A DNA stretch of 64,000 nt from Selaginella moellendorffii (taxonomy: Eukaryota; Plantae; Lycopodiophyta), in the NCBI RefSeq assembly GCF_000143415.4, contig NW_003314348.1, positions 288,085 through 352,084 of the forward strand, written 5' to 3'. Every line of letters starts with the position of its first letter. Positions within the stretch are counted from its first letter, which is position 1. The position numbers and the translations under genes were made by a program. This document shows, one piece after another, positions 34,701 to 48,813 of the stretch. Below the pieces are notes generated by a model. It did no database searches. It was not told where the DNA came from and saw nothing but the letters and a program-made list of their open reading frames with translations.

Positions 34701-37458
34701 TCCTTGTGAGGTTAGGGGATAAAGTTCCAAGTTCAAAGTGTTAATTGGAACTATTGATGATGGTGTGGCTTGGTCAAAGTGACCAAGTGGGAAGGACACC
34801 TAAGGGAAATGAAATATGTCAATGCGATGGCATAGTGAGTCCGAGGAAAGTAGTCTCTATAAGAGACTCATGGGAGGGTCACAAAGTTAGGCCGTGGATA
34901 AAGCCCATAGTAGAAGATGCTAAAGAGACGTATTAGGGGTGAACACCCTCCGGACTTGGCAAAGGAGAGTCTTTGCTATGGAACCAAAATGATACCTCAA
35001 AAATGGAGGTAGCGATCCTATGTTGCTGGGCACAACAATCAAGGATAGGAGAAAAAGACTAGTGGCTAAGAAAAGAACTATGGGAATCATGGGAAAGAAT
35101 CCAAAATGCAAAGTTATGCCAAGAACACTATTGTTTTGGGTGCTAACGAATTGTGGGAAAGGCAATGTGTTTCCAAGGATGGATTCCCAATTGCTCCGAT
35201 TTGACGAAAGTGGAAGCTCCAAAGGCAGGGAGCAGTAAAGTAGCCAAATGATAGGGACATGAACAGCCCTATCATGAATTAATATAATTGGAACTTAGTG
35301 CCAAAGGTCACACAAAATGGGAAAGATGATGACGGTGCCCTCAAATAGAGAACTTCCAAAGATGGGAAGTGGAGTTGCGTAATATGTGCAATACAAGGTG
35401 TCAAAGACACTTAGGAAATTGACTTTGACAAGTCAAATTTAAAAGTTCCAGAGTGCAAGTTTATATCAATAGGAACTAAGGCTACTCAGGAGTGAGTAGT
35501 GGGATTGAGATAGAGGAGTTGCCTCTAACAGGTTTAGCAAGCACTAAACCAATTAAATGGAAAGAACCACCATAGGTGGTCGATCAAATCTCTACATCAT
35601 AGAGGCTATGCACCTTAGAGGATGGGGAAGGCATGGTGAGTCTTTGGTGTTATACCATTGACGAATATTGGCTAGGTGCTAAGGATGGAAAGGGTAATAC
35701 ATGTTGGTGTTACTTTATAAAAATGGTTTACCGTTCGATGAGGACATCGAAATTCGTCTATGGGTGGTGGAGTTGTGAGACACAAAATCCCTAGGCCCCA
35801 AAGTGGAGCCGAAAGGGTGCCACGTGGTAGTGGCCGAAGGGAAAGCAAAACGAGCGTAACACATTTGGACTAAAAGCTCTGACTTGAAAAGGTCGAGAGT
35901 GGGAGTGGAACTCCCAACGAAGTGCTCGAGGAACAAGCACGAGGCAAGCCATGAGTGAGTCTCTAGAAAAGGGGACACAAGAGGACCAAAACATGACATG
36001 TGGAAGTGTCCAAGATGGAGTCTGAGGTGGAGTTTGAGATGGAGTCTGAGGTGGAGTCCAAGGTGGACCCGAGATGGACCCAAGATGGACCCGAGATTGA
36101 GTCCGAGATGGACCTGAGATGGACCCAAGATGGAGTCTGAGATAGACCCCAGATGGAGTCCGAGATGGACCCGAGATGGAGTCCGAGATGGAGTCCGAGA
36201 TGGACCCGAGATGGAGTCCGAGATGGAGTTCGAGATGGACTGAGATGGAGTCTGAGGTGGAGTCCGAGATGGACCCGAAATGGAATCCGAGATGGAGTCT
36301 GAGAAGGACCCGAGATGAAGTCTGAAGTCGAGATCGAGACCAAGATTGAGACCGGGACCAAGACCGAGACCGGGACCGAGACTAAGACCGAGTTCAAGTC
36401 TGAGTCCGAGTCCGAGTCCAAGTCTGAGTTCGAGTCCGAGTCCGAGTCCGAGTTCGAGTCTGAGAGGGTGAAAGCCCAAAGTGTTCATCTCCCAGACCCT
36501 AGGGGGTTTGGTAAGCTCCAAATGTATAGTGAGGGGGAGGACTGCAGTGGAGCCAGTTTGGCCAGGAAAGGCCAGTTTGGCCCAGAAAGGCTATACCCAG
36601 TGTTGGGTGATGAGCTGCCCACTGGGAAGTCCAAGACTAGAGTGAACTCAAACCGACAAGTGGGGTAGCTTGGTGAAGTGTTCAAGAGCCAGCTCTAATT
36701 CCCCCGGGAGATCAACTAGCCGATGCTCCCAGTCCAAGTGTGGGTGGCACTACCTACTTGGATACTTGGCGTGGCTCAATGGAACCTCGCTCTAAGCCCA
36801 TGGCTAGAGCACCTAAAGGCGGAAGGTGGAGAGAGTACCCATGAGGCCCGCATAGGGCCACAGTGTTCCAAAATGTTGTCCCAAGGTCCCAGACTAGAAA
36901 AGGAAGAGAAGCCGTTCTATAGTGTAGAGACCAAGGATATGGTCATGTGAGGAGGAAGTCCCAAAGGATCGTGGGACTTAGTGGTCGGGCCTATGGGCCT
37001 TGATCTAGTGGCAGTGTTGGCGAACACGACCATGGGCAAAAAGGGACTTGGTGGGGACCGGAAAGGGGATATTGGGGAAGGCTATTCCCCATGTTTATGG
37101 GCATCCTAAGGATGCTAAGAAGTGGATTTAGGATGATCACTCATGGACGGATGGCCTAGTCCTTGAGAGACGGGACTGTGATATAGATGGTGTCAGACCA
37201 CCGATGTAACCAAGGTGAAGGGGCATGGCCTTAGCATAACGGGCTGATATGTCGGTGGTACCTTGGGGTGTCGGTCATGGGATCGGACATGTGGAGCATT
37301 TGGACCAAGTGCAAAGGTTGAGTGGCGGGGATGCCATTCTCGGGGCTAGCAAGCCCAAGTCCAAAATAGGACTTACGGAGGTTGTGAGTGAGACTCCTCC
37401 AAATGGTCGGAGGTGTGGTTATGTGATTAAAGTAGAATGGAAAAATTAGTCGCTTACA
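30541..37458 (+). mobile_element. Family B copy B3: shares its 5' LTR with B2; uninterrupted 4.0 kb non-coding internal region (31773-35773); 3' LTR 35774-37458
   Basis: PBS TGGTATCAGAGC at 31776-31787; PPT TGGGTGGTGGAGT at 35761-35773; LTR TGTGAGA...CGCTTACA. Confidence 0.9.
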
Positions 37459-40360
37459 ATTGCTTAGTGTAGCTCGACATATCTAACTTGAACACTTGGT
37501 GCAAGTGGCACCAAGGACGTGGTGAATGAGATGGGGACACTCAGTCTCAGTTGCTATAGATCCTTAGCCAGAAGGGCTAGCTTGGGTGCACTGCGAAGTG
37601 TGGGGGATGCCCCTGGGGTCATGGTGAACAACTTAAAAGTCTGGAAGACCTAATGCCTATTGACAAACCTGTTAAGGTGCCAAGGTGTGATCACTAGGTG
37701 ATCTTATGGCTAAAACAAGGACAAAGTCCTTGTGAGGTTAAAGGATAAAGTTCCTAGTTCAAAATGTTAATTTGAACTATTGATGATGGTGTGGCTTGGT
37801 CAAGGTGACCAAGTGGGAAGAACACCTAAAGGAAATCATTTGTGACTATGGGGATTTCATAGTGAGTCCGAAGAAAAAGTATTTTCTATATAAGAGACCC
37901 ATGGGAGGGTCATAAAGTTGGGCCAAGGATAAAGCCCACAATAGAAAATCCTAAAGAGACGTATTAGGGGTGAACACCTTCTGGACTTCTAGATACCTCG
38001 AGAATGAAGGTAGTGATACAATGTTGCTAGGTGCAACAATCAAGGATAGGAGCAAAAGACTAGTGGCTAAAAAAAGAGCCATGGGAATCATGGGAAAGAA
38101 TCCAAAATGCAAAGTTATGCCAAGAACACTATTGTTTTGGGTGCTAACGAATTATGGGAAAAGCAATGTGTTTCCAAGGATGGATTCCCAATTGTTCCGA
38201 TTTGGCGAAAGTGGAAGTTCCAAGGTAGGGAGCAATAAAGTAGCCAAATGATAGGGACGTGGATAGCCCTAACACGAATTAGGATAATTGGAACTTGGTG
38301 CTAGAGGTTGCACAAAATGGAAAGAGGATGATGGGGCTGTCAAATAGAGAACTTCCAAAGATGGGGAAGTCAAATTGCACAATATGTGCAATGCAAGGTG
38401 TCAGAAACACTTAGGAAATTGACTTTGACAAGTCAAATTTAAAAGTTCCAAAGTGCAAGTTTATATCAATGGGAATTGAGGCTACTTAGGAGTGAGTAAT
38501 GGGATTAAGATAGAGGAGGTGCCTCTAACGAGTTTAGCAAAAACTAAACCAATGAAAGGGAAAGAACCACCATAGGTGGTCGATCAAATCTCTATGTCAT
38601 AGAGGCTATGTGCCTTAGAGGATGGGGAAGGCATGGTGAGCCTTCAGTGTTATACCATTGACGAATATTGGTTAGGTGCTAAGGATGGAAAGGGTAATAC
38701 ATGCTGGTGTTACTTTATAAAAATGGTTTACCGTTCGATGAGGACATCGAACTTCGTCTATGGGTGGTGGAGTTGTGAGATATAAATCCCTAAGCCCCAA
38801 AGTGGAGCCAAAAGGGTGCCACGTGGTAGTGGCCGAAGCAAACACGTTTGGACTAAAAGCTCCGACTTGAAAAGTCGAGAGCGGGAGTGGAACTCCCAAT
38901 GAAATGCTCAAGGAACAAGCATAAAACGAGCAATAAGTGAGTCTCTAGAAAAGGGACACAAGAGGACCAACACATGACAAGTGGAGGAGTCTGAGATGGA
39001 CCCAAGATGGACCCGAGATAGAGTCTGAGATGGAATCCGAGATGGACTGAGATGGAGTCCGAGATGGACCTGAGATGGACCCGAGATGGAGTCCGAGATG
39101 GACCCAAGATGGAGTCCGAGATGGACCCGAGATGGAGTCCGAGATGGAGTCCGAGATGGAGTCCAAGATGGACCAAGATGGAGTCTGAGATGGAGTCCGA
39201 GATGGACCCGAAATGGAATCCGAGATGGAGTCCGAGAAGAACCTGAGATGGAGTCCGAAGTCGAGACCAAGACCAAGACCGAGACTGGGAGTGAGACCGA
39301 GACCGAGGATGAGGCCGAGCCCAAGCCCGAGTCCGAGTCCGAGTCTGAGTCCAAGTTCGAGTCTGAGAGGGTGAAAGCCCAAAGCGTTCACCCAGACCCT
39401 AGGGGGTTTGGTGAGCTCCAAAACTATAGTAGAGGGAGGACTGTAGTGGAGCCAGTTTGGCCAGGAAAGGCCAGTTTGGCCCAGGAAGGCTGTGCCCAGG
39501 TGTTGGGTGATGGGATAACCACTGGGAGGTCCAAGGCTAAAGTGAATACGGACTGTCAAGCGAGGTAGCTTGGTGAAGTGTTCAAGAGCCGGCTCTAGTT
39601 CCCCAAGAGATCGAATGGTCGATGCTCCCAGTCCAAGTGTGGGTGGCACTACTTACTTGGATACCTGGCGTGGCTCAACGGAACCTCGCTTTAAGCCTAT
39701 GGCTAGAGCACCAAAAGGCAGAAGGTGGGGAGAGTACCCATGAGGCTTGCGTAAGGCCATGGTGTTCCGAAATGTTGTCCCAAAGTCTTAGACTATGGAA
39801 AGGAAGAGGAGTGGTCCTCTGGTGTAGTGACCAATAATACGGTCATGTGGTGAGGAAGTCCTAGAGGACAGTGGGACTTAGTGGTCGGGCCTATGGGCCA
39901 TGTCCCAGTGGCAATGTTGGCAAACACGACCATGAGTAGAAAAGAGACTTGGTAGGGACTGTAAAAGGGATATTGGGGAAGGCTGTTGCCCATGTCTGTG
40001 GGCATCTTAAAGATGCTAAGGAGTGGATCTTGGATGGTCACTTCTGGATGGATGGCCCAGTCCTTGAGAGATAGGACTGCGATGTAGGTAGTGTTGGACC
40101 ACCGGTGTGACCAAGGTGAAGGGGCATGGCCTTAGCGTAACAGGCTAGTATGTTGGTGGTACTTTGGGGTGTCGGTCTTAGGATCGAGCACATGGAGCAC
40201 TTGGACTAAGTGCAAGGGATGAGTGGCATGGATGCCATTTTTGGGGCTAGCAAGTCCCAAGTCCTGAATTGGACTTAAGGAGATTGTGAATGAGACTCCT
40301 TCAAATGGTCGAAGGTGTGGTTAAATGACTAAAGTAGAATGAAAAATTTAGTCACTTACA
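37459..40360 (+). mobile_element. Family B copy B4 (3' part; outermost host of the nest), 3' LTR 38774-40360
   Basis: Internal sequence resumes at ATTGCTTAG. PPT at 38761-38773. LTR ends CACTTACA, followed by unique sequence. Confidence 0.88.
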
Positions 40361-41179
40361 GTCAGCTGCTCGACATTCGGAATGGTCAGGACCAACTTTG
40401 GCCTAGACTAACTGGAATTATAGATTAGCAAAGAATCCAAACTCATTCAATGAGAGCCCAAAAGATCAAGGTGCCTTTTCTCTTTTTTCTTCTCTAGAGT
40501 TAGAGAGACTAACTAGTTTCATTAGATTGCAAGTCAAAAAACATTAATAGGTAGTGTGGTCCACTTTTCTTGATGCCTTCCTCTCTTTAACTAACTTACT
40601 CAGCTTGCCCCCTCTACTTTTCTTCTTTGGAGATATTAAGACTAACCAGATTGCAGGCCACAACCTTGCCAGTAGATGCTACTGTAGATATCCATTCCCT
40701 ACAACAAGAGAAATGTGTTACAAAGCAAGTAGTCTCCACTAAAATTCCTAGAAATCAAGGCAAGCTTTCTCTATTCTTCTAAAAGGATTTCTTGTAATGT
40801 GATTCCTTTGCATGTCTACCTGTGAGAACTCCAATGCGTGCATTCAAAGAGACCTCAATGCTGGACAGCTCTTTCTTCCAGAGTGAAGCCAAGATATGAT
40901 ACTCTACTTTGTTGGTGCTTGTTGTTTGCCTCTTCCTAGTCTTAATACCAAGGGATGTACCAAGGTTAGAAGCGCAAGAGAACCAAGTGTGTGCTGCTAG
41001 AAGCTGTTGTATCTCTTTAATCGATCTCTAAAGAGGACAATTACCTGCAGAGAAGAAATGGCAGTAGCAGCACATCTTCTGGATCCACTAGGGAGGAAAT
41101 CCAGGCAACCAGGTGCAAATATTCTAGTAGTGTTTCTTCAAATGACTTCCATTCTGGTCCAGCAAACATCGGCTCTCCT

Positions 41180-44100
41180 GTGGCTGGACTCGGAAGTTTT
41201 GGCTCTAAGCAACATCTAGAGCAGCCTCCACGATCTCCCCAGCTTGAACTTTCTGGCGAGCTGGGATTTCTCGCACGACCCCTACAGCAGCTTAAACGGG
41301 GTGGGTCATGTAACCATGCTCAGCCTAGTAGAAACTCTTAGCCCATTGGGAAGCTCACATATGAGGAGCTTGGCTCTCGTCTCAGGCCAATTTTGCATCC
41401 CAAACAGCATCGCCAGCCTCAAGGACCTCCAATTCATCAGCCTGACCAGCAATTGCCTCTCTGATTCCCTGCCATCGTCCTTCTTCAAGTTGTGCAGCCT
41501 CCAAAGCATGGACTTGAGCTTTGACAGGGAGTCCACCGGAGGAGGTGGCGAAGCTCCCGAATCTCAACACGCTGATGCTCTTGCACAACTCCATGTCAGG
41601 TGTGCTGCCTGAAACGAACAAGAGAGTGAACCCTAGGTCAACTTTCCAACCCTTAAGGCATTACAGCCTTAAATCCCACAGGGCATAGAATATTCTTAAA
41701 ATATTCCTGTGGTTTGTGTCATTCTCCCCTCCCTCATGACCCAGCCACATATGGCAGCCTCAAGAAACTAAACAAGCCTCACATGAAGGGAGTCTAAAGC
41801 AATACAGCCATGGAGAAAAGATGTGCAAATGGATCACAACAAACGGCCATGAAAGAAAGAAAGCAATACAACTTTCTCAAATAACAATACGGTAAAAGAA
41901 TGAGAATAGAACAAATGTCTCAAATCATATAGTAATATAGCTATAGAACTCAATTCTCCCGTTCTTCAAAAATGTCATCCAAGTCATAACCAAAACTTGG
42001 AAGCACTCTCTTCATGTCATCCTCAATTTCCCATGTAGCTTCGTTCATGGAATAACCATTCCCCTGAACTAACAACTTCCTAATTGTCTTCTAACTTATT
42101 TTCACGAATCTTTGAGCAAGAATATTGGCCGGACCAGCCTTCTCTACATCAATCTCTGGGACTTGGATGATAGACTGATCCACAACATCACTAGAGTGCA
42201 AACACACTTTAAGCTTGCTCATATGAAATATTGGATGAATCTTCGAACTAGTTAGTAAGTCCAAAGTGTATGCAAGATCCCCACACATTATAAAATTGTC
42301 CAAGGCCCACAATACCATGGAGACAACTTAGCACTTGCCACCTCCTTTCAGAGACCGTTGTGCATCCGACAGCTTAAGGAAAACTTTGTCACCAACTTTT
42401 TACTCTTGATAATGACAATGCTCATCAGCCAATCCTTTGTCTCGCTCTTAAGCTTGCCTCATATTTAACTTTGCTAACTCAAGCTTGTCTTGTATATCCT
42501 TCAGGAAATCATAAGCACGAGCTATCCGAACCAAAGCCAATTCAAACTCATAGGAGACCTAGGCTCATAGCCATACATCACCATAAAGGGAGACATGCCA
42601 ATAACCGATTGATAAGTGCTATAGTGAGAAAACTAAAGCAAAGGCTAGTACTTTTCCCATACTCCTTGTCGAGTCAAATTTCCCACAAAAGAACAATATA
42701 TCTTCTAATAGTTGATTCATGTGCTCTATTTGCCCATCTGATTATGGATGCTCACCACTACTCATACTCATCTTAGTCTCTAGCTTCTCAAAAACCGTTT
42801 GCCAAAACTTGGACATAAACTTGAGATCCCAATCACTCACAATGTCTCATGGAAAACCATAAAGACTGAATAATCGGTCTAAAAACAAATGAGCAAGTTT
42901 AGAAGTTTTTATCATCATCTTCACTAGGAAGAAGTGAGCCATCTTCATTAAATGATCCACAACAACCCAAATAGCATCATTTCCTCGACAGTTTTGGGCA
43001 AACCAGTGATAAAGTCTATTGAGATGTTATCCCACTTATTCTTGGGTACACATAAAGGACGATAGAGGCTAGCAAGCTTCTGATGATCAACTTTGACCAT
43101 CTAACAGGTCAAATAACCACATAAATACTTCTTAACATTTGATTTCATTCCAAGCTAAAATAAATGCCTTTTCACCAACATACAATACCCCCACACTTGG
43201 CACATCATGATACTCGACTAAAAATTGTTTGATGAGTTTGTCAACATGAGAAACCACTATACATCCCTTCTTCAATAAGATTTTATCTTATATCTCGAAT
43301 GATGCAAACTTGTTACCCTTCAAATCTATAGAGGCATCCCTCAACAAAACCTTTGTGTGAATATTAATGATAAAGGAGTTAAAGTTAGCAAATTCCTTAA
43401 GATTATCCAAGAGATCGCTAGATAGCTTCATGAACGAAATAAAATTTACCATCTTGGATAATGCATCAGCCACTTTATTATCACCTCCATGCTTGTATCG
43501 GATCTTAATAGACATTTCCCGCAGGAACTTTTGCCAACAAGCAAGTCGGCCTTGAACATCCACATCCGGAGAGATTGATGATTTGAATCTATATAGAAGT
43601 TCAATCCATATAAATAATGTCACCATCCTTTCACAGTAGCAATTATAATATACAACTTCTTATTGCAATTAGGTTAATTTGCTATGTGGCATCAAACTTG
43701 TGGCTCATGAATGCAAGAGAATGCCTAACTTGAAGCAATACAACCCTAAAAACACTATCACTCACATCATTGCCTTTAACTTCCATCACAATCACCTTAT
43801 CATTCATTGACCCTTTCAAAACAATCTTTGCTCTGATGTCCAACCTTGTGGCAATGAAAACAATTGCCCTTCGCCTTGTCTTTCTCTTGTTGGTCCAAAC
43901 GAAGTTTCTTAACCTCGTTACCATTTTCATGTTTCAAGCCATAATAGAATAATGGCTATTTCTTCCCCGAATATAAAGCATTGGTGAGCTGGTCATCACG
44001 TTGACTACCCCATAGACCATCTCATTGACAAGAGTTGACTGAGTTGACTGATGGTTTGGGGTGAAAAGATCTAAGCCTTAGTGATAGCATCAGTCAATGT

Positions 44101-45230
44101 TACTAAAAAATCTTTCCTAACTTTCTATTACACATCTACTAAGCTTAATCCTTTGATGAAACATTACACCTTTATCAGCTCATTATAAGTGCCCATGAAA
44201 CTAAAGCAAAAATTATGGAACTTGCGGGCATACGCATCCAAAGACAGTCCCCTACCGAATCTCTAATAATTGGTTCACGAAATCAACCTCTTCAAACTTC
44301 TTGACAAACAAAGCATGGAAAACCTTTATCAAATCAATCTAAGAAGTTAGCTTCAAATTAACTTTGATATAGTTCTTCCACCATGAATAAACATGGTCTG
44401 TAAGCTTCATCACAAAAAAATCAATCTTCATTTTATCCTCACAAAGATTGTAAGACTAACAACTTTCCCACAATTCCAACCAAAAATCAACCTCTTAACT
44501 ATCACAAACATCTAGTGATAATTTCCATTTCACGATACCATAATCTTTGGCATGCTTGATGTATCAATAGTAATTTAATTCAACCTTTAAGGGTTTATAT
44601 GAAGCAAGAGATCCTTAATGAGATTGATACTTCCTTTATGTCACTCTGAACCTCAAAAATCTGGCATCCTTGCCACACAACGATATCATCAAGAGTCTCT
44701 TCTTCATCGTCATAGCCATCATCACTAACACAATACTCCTCATCAAGATTAATATCTTACTCACTAAGAGAGTGAACCCTAGGCCAACCAGGCATTATGA
44801 ATATTCCTATGGTTACCACTCTTCTCAGCCCTACTTATCCACCTCGAACATCTAACACTGGCCATAGGGATGATACAAGCATTTCTCGACCTGAGCATCA
44901 ACCAGTTCATCCGAGGCATCCTGCCAGAGATCTTTGGCTTCCAGATCAGCAACCTCCTCTTCCAGGGGCCAGTCACCACGTCCTTCACAGGCATCCCATC
45001 CATGGTGGATCTCAGCTAAAACTGTCTCAGGCTAGCATTCGCGCAGAAGCTCTTCCTCAACAACAATTGCTTCTCTGGGGCGGTGCTGCAGGAGTTTGTG
45101 GACACCATGGTGGACCTCCAGGTCTTGTACCTCCAGCACAACTACATCGCCAACATCAACCTGTTGTCCACCATCCTGTTGCCTATGATATACATCCATT
45201 ACAATTGCCACAGCAGTCGTCATCGTCGGA
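41180..45230 (+). pseudogene. Extracellular-type LRR protein pseudogene split by a gypsy element
   Basis: 5' part LASWDFSHDP...LQFISLTSNCLSDSLP...LQSMDLSF...LNTLMLLHNSMSGVLP (to ~41609). Resumes at ~44815 with ...VDLS*N...KLFLNNNCFSG...LQVLYLQHNYI. Contains stops, frameshifts and deletions. Confidence 0.72.
41610..44815 (-). mobile_element. Old, heavily deleted Ty3/gypsy chromovirus relic
   Basis: Minus-strand fragments IHPIFHMSKLK, ATWE (chromodomain), IRYKHGGDNKVADALS and an integrase-core-like stretch. AAGAGAGTGAACCCTAGG is repeated at ~41620 and ~44766 (LTR remnants). PPT-like tract at ~41954-41967. Boundaries approximate. Confidence 0.75.
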
Positions 45231-48225
45231 TCCAAGTTAGAAACTGGCTATTTTTACAAAGGTGGTGGCAATAAATACCTGCAATTCAGAAGCCTTATTC
45301 TTGTTCATGGTTTTTTTTGAGAATGCCTGCTTGTATTTGTTCGCCCACAACGCACAAGGGATCCTTCCGGTGCAAGCTACATCGCCAGTATGACACTACA
45401 TGGATTAGGCAGAGTGCCAGTGACAATGCAAGGGACACCACGGTGGACAACAAGAATGGAGCTGCCATATTCTATTTAATAAATATTAGATAATTTTAAT
45501 TATAGTGTCATCCAGTTTGTATTGACTAACAAATTGGACTTGTCAGTCATCGTTGACGAACTCAATCAATTTTGCACCGTGACACGGTCAGTCAAGGAAT
45601 CCAACTCTTTCTGTGTAGTCTCCTCGAGCTCCAGATCTTCAAGTGGAGCGCATGATCAGTGAAGAGAATTTCAATCCAGACAGTTGACTTCTCGCGTTTC
45701 GGGAATGTCACGACCCTAACAAGCCAGAGAATCCGTATCCCCGCATTGCCTTGTGGGCTCTTGGAGAGGAAAAACTCGTCCCTTGTCAGTGCTCTCGAAA
45801 GATTTCGCTCGTATCTTGTGATTTTTCATCCAGACTCGAGGACGATGACGAGGTCATGCTCTTAGGAGCGATGAGACCGCATGGATCCAACACGGTCGTG
45901 GACTGGATCAAAGCAAACAAGATTAAACGGGTAAGAACAAAGAAAATCTCTTTGAAAACAAGAAAAAAAAAAAAAAAACAACCGGTTTTCTTCCGTGTGG
46001 GATGTGCACAGACATTTGCCTGCTAGATTTCGTGGCGAGTCAGAAACCACGCGATCTCGCCGCCGCTGGAATCGTAGTCCACGCTCAAGGATGCTCCACA
46101 TGTGATTTGCCTCTGGCGGTTGTGAAGGAAATTGGAGCTGTGGCGCATCCACATGTATTTGGGTGAAGATTATCGACAGCGTCCAGTTTGCAGCGGCAGA
46201 GATCCACCCAAATAACGCAAAGGAGGAAAGCTTTTGCCTGGTTACTTAAAGAAAATATGAATGACTTTTTAATGGAGAACTGAAAATAAGAATAATGGGG
46301 AATAACTAGTGGCAAGATTAGGAAGTTTGTCCAGCGCCAGGAAATCCAAAGTTTTCAAGCTTGGGCATAACTGTTAATGTGACAAACCACTACTTTCTCT
46401 TCTTTTCCTTCTGTTTAGCCACTTCTAGTTCTTGCTCAAGAGCAAAAGAATAACTAAGAAGAAGTTAGAAGTAAAACAAATGCAAGTGTCTAAACAGTTT
46501 ATAACACTTACCAAATTAACAGAAGGTGACAGACCTTTGTCTCGAGCTGCACTCGGGATTACCTCCCGATCTTGCCTAAAGACGGACAGGAAATTTGCAA
46601 GAAATAAACTCCACAGGAAATGAGCAAAAATAAATTTAGCTCCATCAATGCAAGCAACCATGTAAGCGTAACTATTGATGCACCAGCGTCACTTGACATG
46701 AGTAAATTGAGAAGAAATGAAAGAAGTTGGGTGGAGTTGCTTGGATGAGCGCGGCTCCTATGAGTTTTGGAGGGAACACGCACCATGGCTTGTGGAGAGG
46801 ACGTGCCATGCGAGCCATGAGACCACGTGATTTAGATATCAAAACAATGTGTGCTTTCAGATATAACTAACTATCAAGATGCAAAGATTAGTAAATCTGT
46901 AGATTATTAGGAAATTGCATCAAACAGGAACATAATTGCTGGAGCTCAAATTCCAGCACAATGATGGCTAGAATATCTACATCTCTCTCCTAATTGATTT
47001 AATAAATAATAAAAATAATAAAGAATAAATGTTAATTGATTGAAGAATATCTTAATATACTTGAATATTTTAGGTATATTTCGTGCTATATTGAAATACA
47101 GCTTTTGTGTTATGGACTAAGTCCTTCATGAGGGGAGGGTTTTCCTTCCTTGTCCGGGACAACCCGATCGATCGCTGATTCCCCAGTCAGAATCGTCGAT
47201 CGGGGGTAATTATTAAAGTTTGCGTTACTGATAGAAAATAAGAATACTAATCAATGGGGAAAGAGATAGGGTTTCACGGTTATCTACGCTCTGGGCGCAC
47301 ACGAATGGCAACACGGGAAGAAATCTTTAGAAATAATAGTGGAAGAAATAATAGTCATTCCATGCTCAAGCTTTAAGTGCTGGCTATGGATCCAACATCT
47401 ATCATCAACATGGGTGCTGGAATGAGTTTGGGCTGTTCAACAGTCCAAAGCAGAAGTTCGTAACTTGAGGCTGGTAACATTCATCGCAGCCACAACGTTC
47501 TTCAAGTTGTTTTTGCATAACACATACATCCTGTCTAGCTGCTATTTTGATCTGCGTATTGATCCATCCTTGCAGTTTTGTTATTTTGAGGTGGAAAGAA
47601 AGGATGATGCACTTCTAGGCGTGTATTTAAATTTGAAGCTCCTCTCCAATCGTGCAAATTTTTGCCATGATTTCGTCCTCGGCCATGAGTAGCTCTAGGT
47701 GTGTTTTGTCAATGGAAGGAGTGCAAAAGCTTTAGGTTTTGAGCATCTCAGCAATCTTGGATGCCATCTACTGCCTCTTTAGAAAAATTTGTCCAGCGCT
47801 GGAAAATTCTATTTGACAAGAAAGAGCATCCACTTTCTAGAGGTGATTAGAGTTGAAACAATGATGCACTACTTTCTCTTCTGTTTAGTCACTTCTTAGT
47901 TCTTGCTCAAGAGGAGCGCGTAAACTGGACACATGAAAAACCACAAAGTTTTAGGATTCTCAAATATCCCACTAAAAAAGTGAGATTTTTCTGACAAAGT
48001 GATATTAGATACTTAAATTATTTGATTCTCCTCAAATGCCATTGTTTAACTTCATTATTTCTGGTTAGAAAAATTTAACTTTGTGGTGTTTAAAACCATT
48101 TTACCAGGAAAATGCTCCGGACAAAACTAACTGGGAGAGTCTTACCGTGCCAAGATGTAGCATCGCCTATAAAAGATATAATAGATATATTATCTAAAAA
48201 AGCAGAAACATATCCAGCGGTCTTA

Positions 48226-48607
48226 CCGGGCTTTTGGCCAGGCCTCGTGTTTCTGAGCTAGTTGACGACGAGGGCGTCTCGCCAGTCCCGGTCTTGGCCT
48301 TTGCTCCTCGCAAAGTCCTCACGGTAGGAATTAACTCCCGATGGGTCCTTCCAGATGCCTCTGAGTTTCTCGTTTGCAGCGTTGAAAGATCTCTTCTCGT
48401 CGAGAGGGAGATCAAAGAACTCGCGCGCCAGGTCGATGCTTTGGACGCTGGACGCTGGAACTCCATGGTTTGTAGCCTGAAAATGTGTAAAAATCCTGTC
48501 GATAGAATGTAAGTACTATCGGCCACCGCCTTGATTATCTCACAGCGTTCGCCACTAAAATCAATCACTGGAATTGCCGGGTCAAGTTTGGCTTGCGACG
48601 CTGCCAT
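48226..48607 (-). pseudogene. 2OG-Fe(II) dioxygenase N-terminal fragment (DIOX_N)
   Basis: IPVIDFSG, then in another frame NHGVP...LAREFFDLPLDEK...DWRD. Frameshifted, contains a stop, and no catalytic half was found. Confidence 0.75.
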
Positions 48608-48813
48608 AACTCGTAGTAATTCACGCGTTCGACGTTGTAGATGTTTGAGAGGAGAAAAAATGTCTTATATAGAAGTCTGTCCACCACTCAAGACGCCCAG
48701 AAAACTGTAGCCTCAAACACTGCCGTGCAGAGCAAACAAAGTCTTTAGTCTTCCTACGCAAACTTCCAACTTCTTAGAAGACAGATTATTATATGTTCAT
48801 GCCATTGTTCTTC

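Noticed and set aside
36460-36482. Hammerhead-ribozyme-like string CTGAGAGGGTGAAAGCCCAAA in B LTRs
   Set aside because: It lacks the N of CUGANGA and the G of GAAA. I found no stems I/III, and the CTGA part is absent from the homologous A and E modules.
46325-47912. Diverged ~130-bp duplication (46325-46445 vs 47788-47912)
   Set aside because: Short, with no termini, TSD or ORF; probably an ordinary local duplication relic.
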